DNA from: Candidatus Omnitrophota bacterium
GTDB lineage: Bacteria; Omnitrophota; Gorgyraeia; VGKH01; JBHPFN01
Reading direction: 5' to 3'
Assembly: GCA_042571725.1 (NCBI GenBank)
Contig: JBHPFN010000003.1
Span: forward strand, 2,245 to 66,244
Length of the DNA stretch: 64,000 nt
In this document: piece after piece, positions 16,761 to 27,180 of the stretch
How positions within the stretch are numbered: position 1 is the stretch's first letter
Layout of the letters: each line of letters opens with the position of its first letter
Position numbers and translations under genes: made by a program
Notes under the pieces: generated by a model
Database searches by the model: none
What the model was told of the DNA's origin: nothing
What the model saw: the letters and a program-made list of their open reading frames with translations, nothing else

Positions 16761-17188
16761 TTGTATTGGGATAAAATTACTTTTTTTTCAAGATCGTAGA
16801 TTTTATATCGAACACCTTTAGATTTTTCCGCAAGTCTTTTGTCGATTAGCTTGAAAAATTCTTCTATTACGCGAATCGATTCTTTTGACCGTTGAATATT
16901 AGCTAAAAAGATATCTAGATCATTACTCCGCTTAAATTCAGAATGTTGAGATTTTCTACCTACGTCGTGCAGCGAATCCCTTGATTGCATAAGCGATGCA
17001 AAACTAAAAGGGGCTTGTGTAACAAGGTCAACTATTTCATGTCGGATTGCTTTAAACTGTCGTGTGTGGTTTCTGCTATTTAACACGAAACGTACTTCAT
17101 CTTCGCACACCCTCAGTCCTTCTTTGAGACGGTTAATATTGGCATCGAGGATACGCAATATATTTTTGTCTATGCTATTTTTTCCCAT
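16757..17188 (-). CDS. ThiD2-like domain protein (domain usually fused to ThiE/ThiD)
   Basis: 143 aa. RILDANINRLKEGLRVCEDEVRFVL resembles the N-terminal domain of some thiamine-phosphate synthases, recognised from memory. It has an ATGA overlap with thiC. Confidence 0.5.
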   Translation of the reverse strand: MGKNSIDKNILRILDANINRLKEGLRVCEDEVRFVLNSRNHTRQFKAIRHEIVDLVTQAPFSFASLMQSRDSLHDVGRKSQHSEFKRSNDLDIFLANIQRSKESIRVIEEFFKLIDKRLAEKSKGVRYKIYDLEKKVILSQYK

Positions 17189-17666
17189 GTTTTCTAATGA
17201 TGTCTTTTATGATTTTTGATGAAGAACGATTCTTAAGATAAGTGATCGTTTGAACCTTTCCTCCTGAAGATTTTACAATGTCTGAGCCTACTATGTTATC
17301 AGTTTTCCAGTCAGCACCCTTAACTAAAATATTAGGCTTAAGATTCTTAATGAGTCGTAAAGGAGTTGCCTCTTTAAAAAGGACAATAAAATCAACACAG
17401 CTTAGCGCAGACAAAATTCCCGCCCTGTCAAATTCAGGAAGAATCGGTCGAGTTGCCCCTTTTATCTTTTTAACCGACGCATCACTGTTTAGCCCTAAGA
17501 CTAATACATCGCCCTTTTTTTTCGCAGCCTGCAGATACGTTATGTGACCAAGGTGCAAAAGGTCAAAGCAGCCGTTTGTAAAGACAACTTTTTTTCCCTT
17601 TTTTTTAAGTTGAGATACGATTACCCTAGCTTGGCGTAGCGTTTTTAATTTATGTTCAGTTTTCAC
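17175..17666 (-). CDS. rfaE2: D-glycero-beta-D-manno-heptose 1-phosphate adenylyltransferase (RfaE domain II type)
   Basis: 163 aa. VVFTNGCFDLLHLGHITYL is the cytidylyltransferase signature. Confidence 0.85.
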   Translation of the reverse strand: MKTEHKLKTLRQARVIVSQLKKKGKKVVFTNGCFDLLHLGHITYLQAAKKKGDVLVLGLNSDASVKKIKGATRPILPEFDRAGILSALSCVDFIVLFKEATPLRLIKNLKPNILVKGADWKTDNIVGSDIVKSSGGKVQTITYLKNRSSSKIIKDIIRKHGKK

Positions 17667-18235
17667 GATCCGGTAAGTTTTTCTTCAGTAAGTTCGCAGA
17701 TAATGTGGCTAATGGTGATGTGCGCCTCTTGAATTCTTGCAGTGCTGTTAGATGGCACAGTAAGACTTATATCTGATTGTTTAGCCAATGATCCCCCATC
17801 CACACCAGTTAAAGCGATGGTGGTAATTCCCATTTCTCTAGCTTGAGCCACTCCTTTGATTACGTTCTTAGCGTTTCCGCTTGTCGAGATCCCTACTACG
17901 ATGTCATTTTTTTGCGCCAGGGCTTCAACTTGTTTGGAAAAGACGCATTCATACCCGTAGTCGTTACCTATGGCGGTAAGAATCGAAGTATTTACAGTAA
18001 GCGCAATTGCAGCGAGTGCCTGTCTTTCTTTTTGAAACCGCCCTACGAATTCTGCGGCAATATGCTGACTGTCAGCAGCAGATCCTCCGTTGCCGAATAA
18101 AATAATCTTCCCACCTTTTTGTAAAGACTCAACGATTGTATTGGTAATTGCAATAATGGTATCAACCTGTGTTTCCGCAATCGCCTGTTTCGTTGCAATT
18201 GATTCTAGCAGAATTTGCTTAACTTTTTCTTTCAT
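17663..18235 (-). CDS. gmhA: Phosphoheptose isomerase (SIS domain)
   Basis: 190 aa. GNGGSAADSQHIAAEF and ISTSGNA motifs are present. Confidence 0.9.
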   Translation of the reverse strand: MKEKVKQILLESIATKQAIAETQVDTIIAITNTIVESLQKGGKIILFGNGGSAADSQHIAAEFVGRFQKERQALAAIALTVNTSILTAIGNDYGYECVFSKQVEALAQKNDIVVGISTSGNAKNVIKGVAQAREMGITTIALTGVDGGSLAKQSDISLTVPSNSTARIQEAHITISHIICELTEEKLTGS

Positions 18236-18241
18236 ATCTTC

Positions 18242-19270
18242 TTACCCAAAGAATATTTTTGCCATCTCATAAAATTTCATATCTACGGTCTTCAGTTTTT
18301 CAACCGTACCGACGATATTTACCGATGAGATATCTTTACCCTTGAGGCACACCATTTTTCCGAATTTTTTGTCCTTCACAAGCTCAACCGCCTTCACGCC
18401 AAAACGCGTTCCTAAAATTCTATCATACGCGGTAGGAGAGCCGCCTCGTTGAATATGGCCTAGTACACTTACACGTGTTTCAATGCCGACTTCTTTCTCA
18501 ATGATCTTTGCAAGTTTTTCTCCAATTCCCCCTAAGCGCACATGACCGAAAGCATCAAGTTTTTCTTCTTGCTTGACTACGTCGTCTTCGCTAAACTGCG
18601 CACCTTCAGCCACAACAACAATGCTAAAATTCTTACCTCTCTTATGACGTTTCCTTAGCGAGCTACACATTTCTGCAATGTTAATAGGGATCTCTGGGAT
18701 TAGGATAAAATCTGCCCCTCCGGCTAAGCCTGCATAGGTTGAAATCCAACCAGCATGCCTTCCCATTACCTCAACTACCATGATGCGATGATGGCTCTCA
18801 GCCGTAGTGTGTAATCTATCAATGCAGTCAGTAGCAATATTGACCGCGGTATCAAAACCAAAAGTGTAATCTGTGCCAGAAAGATCGTTATCAATTGTCT
18901 TTGGGACACCCACAACCTTCAATCCCTTCTTCACCAATTTTGCTGCAACGCCAAGGGTATCTTCGCCTCCGACAGCGATCAATGCATCGAGCTTGAGCTT
19001 TTTATAATTAGCAATGGCCTTTTTTACATCACCTTTATGTTTAAAAGGATTGGTTCTGCTGGTACCTAAGATTGTTCCGCCTCTATGTAAGATGCCAGAA
19101 GCCTTTCTTAGGTTAAGAGGCATTGTTTCTTTTTCTATCAGCCCTCTCCAGCCATTTCTAATACCGATTATTGAATAGCCCTCCTGATCACCTTTTCTTA
19201 CAACTGCACGGATAACCGCGTTTAATCCAGGACAATCTCCTCCACCGGTAAGAATCCCTATTTTTTGCAT
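18242..19270 (-). CDS. pfkA: 6-phosphofructokinase (ATP- or PPi-dependent, not resolvable by eye)
   Basis: 342 aa. GGDCPGLNAVIRAVV, GGEDTLG and PKTIDNDL motifs are present. Confidence 0.9.
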   Translation of the reverse strand: MQKIGILTGGGDCPGLNAVIRAVVRKGDQEGYSIIGIRNGWRGLIEKETMPLNLRKASGILHRGGTILGTSRTNPFKHKGDVKKAIANYKKLKLDALIAVGGEDTLGVAAKLVKKGLKVVGVPKTIDNDLSGTDYTFGFDTAVNIATDCIDRLHTTAESHHRIMVVEVMGRHAGWISTYAGLAGGADFILIPEIPINIAEMCSSLRKRHKRGKNFSIVVVAEGAQFSEDDVVKQEEKLDAFGHVRLGGIGEKLAKIIEKEVGIETRVSVLGHIQRGGSPTAYDRILGTRFGVKAVELVKDKKFGKMVCLKGKDISSVNIVGTVEKLKTVDMKFYEMAKIFFG

Positions 19271-19283
19271 TTATTCCTCCTTT

Positions 19284-19904
19284 TTATGTTCTTCCGTAAT
19301 TCTGAAATGGAACCGTCGGTTCTTCCTCTGTCTCTTCAGGTTCTTTCTTTTTCCTTGATTTTGTTTCTTTGATCTCGTAAGGGATGATTTTGGAAATATG
19401 CACGAATACTGTTATGGTTTCATCAACGCCGAGTATTTCTTGCACCTTGCTTTTTACCAGCTCTTGAAGCCGTAATGTAAGATCAGGGATGTTGGTTTCT
19501 GTGCGTAAAATCACCCGTAAAATAATCTGGATCCCTTTCTTTGACACGACAACGTTCGGTCGCAACTCTTTAATCTCGCTAATAGGAGCAGTGAGTTTGC
19601 GGACTAAATCCTCGACGGCTGAAAGAGAAACGGTAACTTGGCCCGAAGGGTTATTAAACGCTATGGTCTTTTCTTTCTGCATTCTCCCTAAAATCACTTG
19701 CGCAAAAGAGAGGCTTATTAAAATAAGAAGCACGCCAAAAAGTCCAATAATCATGCGTATATTGATGTCATTGTATCCGATGTCTAGCACGCTCACTAAG
19801 TCATTTAAAGGGAAAAAGTTTAAGGCAAACCCAACGGCTACCACCCCCACCACACACAGTATAAGCGTGTAGAAAAGAATACCAAATGTCGTGAAAAATC
19901 TCAT
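19284..19904 (-). CDS. AmaP-like alkaline shock response membrane anchor protein
   Basis: 206 aa. It has two N-terminal TM segments, lies directly downstream of the Asp23 gene, and has an acidic C-terminal tail. Confidence 0.6.
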   Translation of the reverse strand: MRFFTTFGILFYTLILCVVGVVAVGFALNFFPLNDLVSVLDIGYNDINIRMIIGLFGVLLILISLSFAQVILGRMQKEKTIAFNNPSGQVTVSLSAVEDLVRKLTAPISEIKELRPNVVVSKKGIQIILRVILRTETNIPDLTLRLQELVKSKVQEILGVDETITVFVHISKIIPYEIKETKSRKKKEPEETEEEPTVPFQNYGRT

Positions 19905-19907
19905 CGC

Positions 19908-20258
19908 CTACCCCCTCTCTATGCCTTGAATCTCTACATTAATATCTTTTAACGATAAATTTGTCATTTTATCGATTGCGGTTCGTACGCTATCTTGCAC
20001 TTTTGTTGCGATCTCTGGAACATTAACGCCGTAGTGAACCGTTATGGGGATAGTGATTTGAACTTCGTCATTATTATTCACCTGTACCTTAATGCCGTTC
20101 ACCGACGCCTTTTTGCTGAATGAACCAAGAAAATTTTCTCTTAACCCTGAAGAAATACCTTTAACGCCTTCGACTTCCAATGTAGCAGTTGAAGCAATTG
20201 ATGCGATAACTTTGTTATGAATTTTCACTGAACCAATGTCGTTTTTTTCTTCTCTCAT
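19908..20258 (-). CDS. Asp23/Gls24 family envelope stress protein
   Basis: 116 aa. GSVKIHNKVIASIASTATLEVEGV is typical of the Asp23 family. Confidence 0.8.
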   Translation of the reverse strand: MREEKNDIGSVKIHNKVIASIASTATLEVEGVKGISSGLRENFLGSFSKKASVNGIKVQVNNNDEVQITIPITVHYGVNVPEIATKVQDSVRTAIDKMTNLSLKDINVEIQGIERG

Positions 20259-21620
20259 TTAACTCTCCGGACGCTCCGACATCTTCATAACATCTTCGAG
20301 AAAGTGAGTTGAGATCTCACCTCTAATAAATAATGGATTGCTGAGTACTTTGCGATGAAAAGGGATTGTTGTTTTAATCGGCTCAACTAGAAATTCTTCT
20401 AGGGCGCGGCGCATCCGAGCAAGTGCTTCATTGCGGTCTTTGCCATGAACAATAAGCTTTGCTAAGAGTGAGTCATAAAAAGGGCTGATTTCATACCCCG
20501 GATAAATATGGGTATCCAGCCGTATACCATTGCCACCAGGAAACACAACGTTTTCTATTTTTCCAGGGGAGGGAATAAAATTATTGTCAGGGTCTTCTGC
20601 ATTAATGCGACATTCAATTGACGCACCGTTGATCTGAATATCTTTTTGTTTGAACGATAGTTTTTCTCCCGAGGCAATTCTAATTTGCTCTTTCACCAAG
20701 TCAACGCCTGTTACTAACTCAGTAACAGGATGCTCGACCTGGATTCTTGTATTCATTTCAATAAAATAGAAATTCCCTTTTCCATTCAATAGAAATTCCA
20801 TCGTGCCAGCCCCGCGGTAATGCGCAGCTTTTGCGCCCTTGACTGCCATCTCTCCAATTTTCTCACGTAACTCAGGAGTGAGTGCTGAAGATGGAGTCTC
20901 TTCTAATAGTTTCTGGTGTCTCCTTTGAATGCTGCAATCTCTTTCACCAAGATGTATGATATTGCCGTATTGATCAGCTAGGATTTGAAATTCTATGTGC
21001 CGAGGATTATTGAGATATTTTTCAACATATACACCAGAGTTGCCAAATGCAGCCTCTGCTTCTGATTGGGCGGTCATTAAAGAGCTAATGAGCCGAATAT
21101 CATTGTGGCATACTCGCATGCCTTTTCCGCCGCCACCCGCAGCAGCTTTAATTATTACAGGATATTTAATCTGTTTGGCAATTTTTAACGCCTCTTCTTT
21201 GTCTTTTATTACCGATGCGCTACCGGGAACTGTGGGAAGGCCGACTTTTTTCATGGTTTGACGCGCGAGTATCTTATCGCCCATAAGCCTCATTGATTCA
21301 GGGCTCGGTCCGATGAAAACAATTTCACATGATTCACAGATTTCAGCAAAGTGGGGATTTTCAGCTAAGAATCCGTAGCCAGGGTGAATCGCTTCTACGT
21401 CTGAAATTTCTGCAGCAGAAATTATTGCAGGTATATTGAGATAGCTTTCTGAGCTTAGTGACTTGCCAATGCAAATTGCCTCATCAGCGAGGCGTACATG
21501 CAGCGAATTCTTGTCAGACTCAGAATAGACAGCAACGGTTCTGATGTCTAATTCTTTGCAGGCTCGAATTATCCTTAAGGCGATTTCGCCTCTGTTAGCA
21601 ACTAAAATTTTAGAAAACAT
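20259..21620 (-). CDS. accC: Acetyl-CoA carboxylase, biotin carboxylase subunit
   Basis: 453 aa. [21 protein letters not shown], the GGGGKGMR glycine loop and [14 protein letters not shown] are present. Confidence 0.95.
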   Translation of the reverse strand: MFSKILVANRGEIALRIIRACKELDIRTVAVYSESDKNSLHVRLADEAICIGKSLSSESYLNIPAIISAAEISDVEAIHPGYGFLAENPHFAEICESCEIVFIGPSPESMRLMGDKILARQTMKKVGLPTVPGSASVIKDKEEALKIAKQIKYPVIIKAAAGGGGKGMRVCHNDIRLISSLMTAQSEAEAAFGNSGVYVEKYLNNPRHIEFQILADQYGNIIHLGERDCSIQRRHQKLLEETPSSALTPELREKIGEMAVKGAKAAHYRGAGTMEFLLNGKGNFYFIEMNTRIQVEHPVTELVTGVDLVKEQIRIASGEKLSFKQKDIQINGASIECRINAEDPDNNFIPSPGKIENVVFPGGNGIRLDTHIYPGYEISPFYDSLLAKLIVHGKDRNEALARMRRALEEFLVEPIKTTIPFHRKVLSNPLFIRGEISTHFLEDVMKMSERPES

Positions 21621-21622
21621 AA

Positions 21623-22078
21623 TTAACTTGGCTCAATTACAAACAAAGGTTGACCAAACTCAACAGGCTCTCCGTTCTCAACAAGAATTTCTGTAATCTT
21701 TCCTTTGACTTCCGATTTGATTTCATTCATTAGCTTCATTGCCTCGATAATGCAAATCACTTGGCCGATTTCAATATCTTGACCGATATCTACAAATGGA
21801 TCAGCCTCCGGAGATGGGGCGCGATAGAACGTTCCTACCATCGGAGATTTAATCTCTATTGTTTTTGAAGGTATCTTTTCACTGCTTTCTTTCTGTGGGG
21901 GCGGTGCTTGCATTGAGCTTTGCTCGATTCTATATTCTGGGATAAATCGTGCCTGCTCTGAAGACTCCCTTAGTTCTTTCTTTAATCTAATTTTACTTCC
22001 CGCCCGCTCAATCTCTAATTCCATAAGATTGTTTTCATTCATTAAATTAATCATTTCTTTAATTTCTTTAAGATTCAT
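21623..22078 (-). CDS. accB: Biotin carboxyl carrier protein
   Basis: 151 aa. The biotinylation motif is [10 protein letters not shown]. Confidence 0.9.
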   Translation of the reverse strand: MNLKEIKEMINLMNENNLMELEIERAGSKIRLKKELRESSEQARFIPEYRIEQSSMQAPPPQKESSEKIPSKTIEIKSPMVGTFYRAPSPEADPFVDIGQDIEIGQVICIIEAMKLMNEIKSEVKGKITEILVENGEPVEFGQPLFVIEPS

Positions 22079-22101
22079 GTATGCATCCTTTCCGAAAGCG
22101 C

Positions 22102-22662
22102 CTATACTCGGCTAATGTATTGACTGGTGCGGGTATCAACTCTAACGATATCTCCCTCATTAATAAACAGGGGCACTTGAACCGTGGCTCCCGTTTCAAC
22201 TTGAGCTGGTTTTAACACGCTTTTTGCTGTATCGCCTTTTATTCCCGGTTCTGTATGAACAATCTTAAAATCAATGAAATTTGGTAGAATTATTTTTATC
22301 AATTTATGGTTATAATAGTATGCCGAAACCTCAAGATTATCTTTTAAGAATACAATCGCATCTTTAAGATGTTCTTTGGATATAATCGATTCTTCAAAAG
22401 TATTTTGGTCCATAAAATGGAAGAAATCACCTGAGCGATAAAGATAGGTTAATTTTTTTTCATCGATAAATGCCTCGGTTATTTTATCATCTGATTTTAA
22501 GGTTCTTTCGATCACCGCATCCGTTTTAAGATTCTTAAGCTTGATGCGCACAAAGGCACTACCTTTGCCAGGCTTTACATGTTGATACCCTACAATAGAA
22601 AACACGCTATTATCTAAAAGGATAGTGAGTCCAGATTTAATTTGATTTATCGATATCGGCAC
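22102..22662 (-). CDS. efp: Elongation factor P
   Basis: 186 aa. QHVKPGKGSAFVRIKLKNL includes the modified-Lys loop. Confidence 0.93.
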   Translation of the reverse strand: MPISINQIKSGLTILLDNSVFSIVGYQHVKPGKGSAFVRIKLKNLKTDAVIERTLKSDDKITEAFIDEKKLTYLYRSGDFFHFMDQNTFEESIISKEHLKDAIVFLKDNLEVSAYYYNHKLIKIILPNFIDFKIVHTEPGIKGDTAKSVLKPAQVETGATVQVPLFINEGDIVRVDTRTSQYISRV

Positions 22663-23698
22663 TGAGTATCTCGCATCCGTTATTTTTTACCAACACCATG
22701 TCTTCAATTCTGATTCCAAATTTCCCAGAAAGATAAACTGCCGGTTCAACAGTAACAACCATTCCGGCAGCAAATTCTGATTCATTTTTTGAAGAGACAG
22801 GCGGAAATTCGTGGGTCTCTCTTCCAATTCCATGCCCAAGGGCATGCCCAAAATATTTCCCTAACCCCTTACTTTTTATATAATTACGAGCGACTGAATC
22901 AACTTCGTTAATTAAGGCACCTGCTTTTATTTTTTTTATTGCTCGAAGCTGTGCTTCTAAAACAATTTCATAGGCGTGTTTAACAGTAGAGGGTATTTTA
23001 CCCAAAAAGAATACCCTTGTCAAGTCGGATTTATACCCTAAATAGTCAACTCCCATATCAATTATGATGGGCTCCCCCCTTTTTATAAGCCTGTTTGTTA
23101 CTTTTGCGTGGGGATAACTGGCATTGATTCCTGAAGCGATAATCGGGTTAAAGGCATAGCGACATCCATGCGTCCTTATAAAATTACTCAGCGCAATTTC
23201 TAAATCCGATTCCCTTATTCCAGGTTTTATAGCATTCTTTAAAAAGCCAAATGACTGCTTTGTTACGTGAAGTGCTCTTTTAATCTTAAAAAGCTCGGCG
23301 CTGGTTTTGATCTGGCGTAATAATTCAACAACATTAACAGTAGGAACATATTTCGTTGCTCGCGGTAGCTCTTTTTTGATTGCTTTGTATTCCGCATGTG
23401 ATATATGCCTGCTTTCAAATCCAAGCGTTCGAATATTTTGCGAAAGAGCTAGTTTTCCGACGAGATTAAAGATAGAGCCATTACTTTTCTTAATCTTAAT
23501 TCCTTTGAGATGGTGACGGGCTTCTTCAACATAGCGGAAATCAGTGATATAGAAACACCGCTTCTTCGAAACAAAGAGCCAGGAGTCTTGAGCATCAAAC
23601 GCAGTCAGGTAGGAAATATTAGCTTCATTAGTGATCAATAAAGCATCGAGACGCAGTTTCTCTAATTCTTTTATGAGCTTGGTTAGTTGCGGGGTCAC
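22637..23698 (-). CDS. Xaa-Pro aminopeptidase/dipeptidase (M24B)
   Basis: 353 aa. [15 protein letters not shown] and the M24 metal ligands are present. It overlaps efp by 26 nt. Confidence 0.85.
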   Translation of the reverse strand: MTPQLTKLIKELEKLRLDALLITNEANISYLTAFDAQDSWLFVSKKRCFYITDFRYVEEARHHLKGIKIKKSNGSIFNLVGKLALSQNIRTLGFESRHISHAEYKAIKKELPRATKYVPTVNVVELLRQIKTSAELFKIKRALHVTKQSFGFLKNAIKPGIRESDLEIALSNFIRTHGCRYAFNPIIASGINASYPHAKVTNRLIKRGEPIIIDMGVDYLGYKSDLTRVFFLGKIPSTVKHAYEIVLEAQLRAIKKIKAGALINEVDSVARNYIKSKGLGKYFGHALGHGIGRETHEFPPVSSKNESEFAAGMVVTVEPAVYLSGKFGIRIEDMVLVKNNGCEILSADIDKSN

Positions 23699-24135
23699 TT
23701 TTTTATCTGTTTTATTACTGCCTGAAGTCCTAGGGTATAGCTATGCATTCCAAAGCCGCTTACCTGCCCTATGCAAACAGGAGCAATGAGTGAAGTCTGT
23801 CTAAATTCTTCTCGAGCATAGATATTAGATAAATGGACTTCAACCGTAGGTAAGCCACTGGCTGAAACAGCGTCTCGAATCGCAACGCTGGTGTGGGTGT
23901 ACGCTGCGGGGTTTATGAGAATAGCCTTATGCCGATCTTTTTTTGCTTTACCAATGATTTCCACAATTTCTCCTTCGTGGTTTGATTGGAAGATGGTAAG
24001 TCGAATTTTTGCTTTTTGCGCGGTCTTAAGAAGATTTTTGTTGATATCCTCTAAAGAAAATTTTCCATAGATACTTGGTTCGCGTTGACCAAGAAGATTT
24101 AGATTCGGCCCGTGAATCACTAGGATTTTATCCAT
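23695..24135 (-). CDS. aroQ: Type II 3-dehydroquinate dehydratase
   Basis: The start was moved to the ATG at 24135 ([24 protein letters not shown]), which has GGAG upstream. The ORF-track extension to 24189 overlaps the Trm112-like gene. Confidence 0.92.
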   Translation of the reverse strand: MDKILVIHGPNLNLLGQREPSIYGKFSLEDINKNLLKTAQKAKIRLTIFQSNHEGEIVEIIGKAKKDRHKAILINPAAYTHTSVAIRDAVSASGLPTVEVHLSNIYAREEFRQTSLIAPVCIGQVSGFGMHSYTLGLQAVIKQIKK

Positions 24136-24169
24136 GCAATCAGTCTCCTTTTTGTAAGCACGCCTACAA

Positions 24170-24325
24170 TTATACTTCAGCCTCATCAACCAACATTATC
24201 GGTATGCCATCACGTATCGGATACTTTCTTTTGCATTTTGTGCAGATAATCTTATCTTCTTTCAGCTCGATATCCGCCTTACATGCAGGGCATGCCAATA
24301 TTTCCAGGAGTTCTTTGTCTATCAT
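24170..24325 (-). CDS. Trm112/YcaR (UPF0434) family zinc-ribbon protein
   Basis: 51 aa, below the ORF-track cut-off. Product is [51 protein letters not shown]. It has an ATGA overlap with the upstream gene. Confidence 0.7.
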   Translation of the reverse strand: MIDKELLEILACPACKADIELKEDKIICTKCKRKYPIRDGIPIMLVDEAEV

Positions 24326-24699
24326 AGTTTCTCCTTTCCTTCTACCTTATTTGCAAATTTCATTTTGAGTTCATAAAGGATATTATCAAGAAAGCTTGCT
24401 TCATCCGATGAAAGATTCCCCAATGTTTTATCTTTAAGCATGTCTAATGTATCAATAAGAAATTGTGCCTGCGGAAGATTTTTTTCTTTTTTCCCGCTCA
24501 AAGGGCTTTCTATCTCTTCAAGCGAAATAAGCGCCTGCAAGCTTAAGCTATACACAAAGCTAGTAAAGCTTGCCTCCGGAGGAATAAAGGTGCTGTCTTC
24601 TTGAGGTTTTTGAGAGTCAGGCTTTTTTTCTTGCTTAGCCTTTTCTTTCCAGCTCTCGTCTACTTTTTTTTCTTTATGTCCCTGATTCTGTTCTTCCAT
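24322..24699 (-). CDS. DUF1844 domain protein
   Basis: 125 aa. FLIDTLDMLKDKTLGNLSSDEASFLDNILYELKMKF matches my recollection of DUF1844. Confidence 0.6.
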   Translation of the reverse strand: MEEQNQGHKEKKVDESWKEKAKQEKKPDSQKPQEDSTFIPPEASFTSFVYSLSLQALISLEEIESPLSGKKEKNLPQAQFLIDTLDMLKDKTLGNLSSDEASFLDNILYELKMKFANKVEGKEKL

Positions 24700-24702
24700 T
24701 TT

Positions 24703-25518
24703 TTAATCAATAAGTAAACCTGCGTAGCCTACAACCGACGAGAAATCACCGGTAACGCTTCCGCTTGTTTGGTATTTTATTAATCGAGCATTTTTTGCAC
24801 CTAAGGCTTTGCATGCGTTCAGCATGATTACCGCAGGTGCATAGCCGCACATGGAAATATTGAATCGTTTAACCCTATGAAAAAGCTCTTCTTCATCAAG
24901 GCTCAACAGGGCTTCCAGAGCGAGATTATCCTTCTTTTCAGCGGCCACTTGCGATTCATAGTGAGTCATATCAGAGCTTGCTATAATCACTACTTCTTTT
25001 TCTTTGTGAGACTCTTTGATAGAGAGCGCAATCGCCGCAGCAATTTCTTTATAAATTTCTAAAGCAGCAGGGTAAACAATAATTGGAACAATCGCAAAGT
25101 CTTTCTTAAAATACTGAATAAGGGGAAGTTGTACCTCAATAGAATGCTCACCACTATGCGCTAAGGAATCTTCTTCTAGGTATTGTGAGCTATCCAGAAT
25201 TTTTTTGGCTAACTCAGTATCAATGCGCACATCGCCAGACGGCATTTTCCAGGTGCCTTCTTTCATAATACTAAAGCGCTTACCCTGTCCTCTATGATTA
25301 GGACCAATAATGACAAAGATTCGCTTATGTTCTAAATCAGCCGAAGAGATGGTTTCTGCAGCAACCTTGCCTGAGTAAACGTAGCCGGCATGTGGCATCA
25401 CCAAGCCCTTTACAGCTTGTTTTTGCACAGGCGTATCAATAAAGCTTTCGATTTGCTTTAGTAATTGCGCATTGTTTGACGGATAGAATTGTCCTGCTAC
25501 CACAGCTTCTCGTTCCAT
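24703..25518 (-). CDS. AmmeMemoRadiSam system protein B (Memo-like)
   Basis: 271 aa. AVVAGQFYPS and MPHAGYVYSG motifs are present. Confidence 0.8.
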   Translation of the reverse strand: MEREAVVAGQFYPSNNAQLLKQIESFIDTPVQKQAVKGLVMPHAGYVYSGKVAAETISSADLEHKRIFVIIGPNHRGQGKRFSIMKEGTWKMPSGDVRIDTELAKKILDSSQYLEEDSLAHSGEHSIEVQLPLIQYFKKDFAIVPIIVYPAALEIYKEIAAAIALSIKESHKEKEVVIIASSDMTHYESQVAAEKKDNLALEALLSLDEEELFHRVKRFNISMCGYAPAVIMLNACKALGAKNARLIKYQTSGSVTGDFSSVVGYAGLLID

Positions 25519-25522
25519 AAGA

Positions 25523-26443
25523 TTAGTTGCACAATAAGCTTTCTATGTATTTTTTCGCATTTACGATATCATCTGCCGTTGCGGGAGCATGAGCCTCCAT
25601 TACTTTGATTGTATGTGGCTTTACATACCCAAGCAGACGCTTAAAGTCGAATTCGCCTAATAAAGGAGCAAGGTGATCTTTGCCTCTCCGTATGTCATGC
25701 AGGTGAATTCCCAGCATTCTATCGGCATATCTTTTTAAATAATCTTCGTGCGAAATAAAACCTAAGTTTTCCCATAGTTGCGCATGTCCGACATCATGCC
25801 AATAGAATATATTGTCGTCGTCGAAATGTTCAAAGAGTATAGCTAATTCTTCAAAAGAAGGTATCTCTCGGTAATAATATCGCGTTTCAATGCCTATCGC
25901 CACTCCTTGGCTCTTAGCGTAGCCAGATAAATCTTCTATGCTTTTTTTAGCCTGCGATAGATATTCTTTGGCGCACGCAGCCCTTGCTTGAATCGCTGTA
26001 TCTTTTAGCTTTGCGTATTGCACTGTATCTTGAAGACCATGATCGTAAAGAGCGATTAACTGCTTCGTTTTATCTTCGATTTCAAGGCGTCCTGCATGAA
26101 TGACCACTGCGCGGCCACCAAGTCTTTGCGCTGAATCGATGCTTCGCTTGGTGTATTCTACGGCTGTGGTTCGCTGCTGATCGTCCAGAGAAGCAATTGA
26201 AAAACAATCGGGCAATGCAGCTTGTCTTGTTATTCCATCAGGAAACGGGCAATAATTGTGCACGCTTGTTACTTCAACTTTTTTTGCTTGTGCTAATTCA
26301 ACAATCTGGTCAACAATTATACCTGTTAAGTTAAAGCTAAGTTCGATCTTTTTAAAACCTAAGCTAATTATTTCACGTACTATATCAACGCCGCTATCGC
26401 ACCGAAAGGCATTCCATGAAGTTGATAAAGAAAGACTATTCAT
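25523..26443 (-). CDS. Sugar phosphate isomerase/epimerase (xylose isomerase-like TIM barrel)
   Basis: 306 aa. It has the family-typical pattern of His/Glu/Asp metal ligands (VVIHAG, GIETRYY, HDVGH, LHLHD). Confidence 0.65.
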   Translation of the reverse strand: MNSLSLSTSWNAFRCDSGVDIVREIISLGFKKIELSFNLTGIIVDQIVELAQAKKVEVTSVHNYCPFPDGITRQAALPDCFSIASLDDQQRTTAVEYTKRSIDSAQRLGGRAVVIHAGRLEIEDKTKQLIALYDHGLQDTVQYAKLKDTAIQARAACAKEYLSQAKKSIEDLSGYAKSQGVAIGIETRYYYREIPSFEELAILFEHFDDDNIFYWHDVGHAQLWENLGFISHEDYLKRYADRMLGIHLHDIRRGKDHLAPLLGEFDFKRLLGYVKPHTIKVMEAHAPATADDIVNAKKYIESLLCN

Positions 26444-26496
26444 ATGGTTATTATCGACTGGAAGTTCTTTTATTATAACACCTTAGAATGGCAATG

Positions 26497-27156
26497 TCAA
26501 TCATCAACCTCGAACGAGATGATCACGTTAAAGGAAAGCTCTGGGTATTCGAGCTCTTTGGGGAATGATGGAAAAGGTGTTGCGTCTTTAATGCTTTTTA
26601 AGGCTACATCTCTTAGGTATGCGTCATTCGTGGATTTGTCATCGAAGATCCTGATGTCTTTAAGTGACCCATGCGATGAGAGAACAAACGACAAGAATAC
26701 CTCTCCTTCTTGGTAGCGCACGTAATGGAGATAAGCCAAGTCTCGGATTCTCTCCCTGATGATCTGATAGTAAGTAAGGTATGCGGGGCTTTCTATTGTC
26801 GTGCTCAATTCAGGAACTACTACTTTTTTTTCCTTGTTTTCTAGAATCGGAGGCGTGGGTTTCTTGGTAAGTTCGAAGGTTTTTTTTAAAAAATCTTTTT
26901 TTTGAAAAAAACGCTCTATTACATTTTCTTTCTTCGTAATCGAGAGTTCATTCATGTCTTCAACCGGCTGTTTACGAGCAATCTCTTTTTTTCTCAAGAT
27001 TTCAGAAGTTATTTCTAATTTTTGATAGGTGACTTCCAGTTGTTGTAGTGATTTATTGAGCAAGTCAATATTAAGTTTCGGCATCGTTAAAAAGAGAAGT
27101 CCGTGAATACAAAGAGAGCCGATCAGAAAATATTGTAATGTTTTGTCAGACATCAT
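26497..27156 (-). CDS. TonB C-terminal domain protein
   Basis: 219 aa. It has an N-terminal TM and a C-terminal segment EGEVFLSFVLSSHGSLKDIRI...ALKSIKDATPFPSFP typical of TonB_C. Confidence 0.6.
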   Translation of the reverse strand: MMSDKTLQYFLIGSLCIHGLLFLTMPKLNIDLLNKSLQQLEVTYQKLEITSEILRKKEIARKQPVEDMNELSITKKENVIERFFQKKDFLKKTFELTKKPTPPILENKEKKVVVPELSTTIESPAYLTYYQIIRERIRDLAYLHYVRYQEGEVFLSFVLSSHGSLKDIRIFDDKSTNDAYLRDVALKSIKDATPFPSFPKELEYPELSFNVIISFEVDD

Positions 27157-27180
27157 AGTATTACCACGATCGATGTTCTA

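Noticed and set aside
16761-17300. Expected TPP riboswitch upstream of thiC
   Set aside because: The region is fully coding (ThiD2-like and rfaE2) and I could not find the conserved CUGAGA / ACCUGA core by eye. It is reported as an absence under findings and not as a feature.
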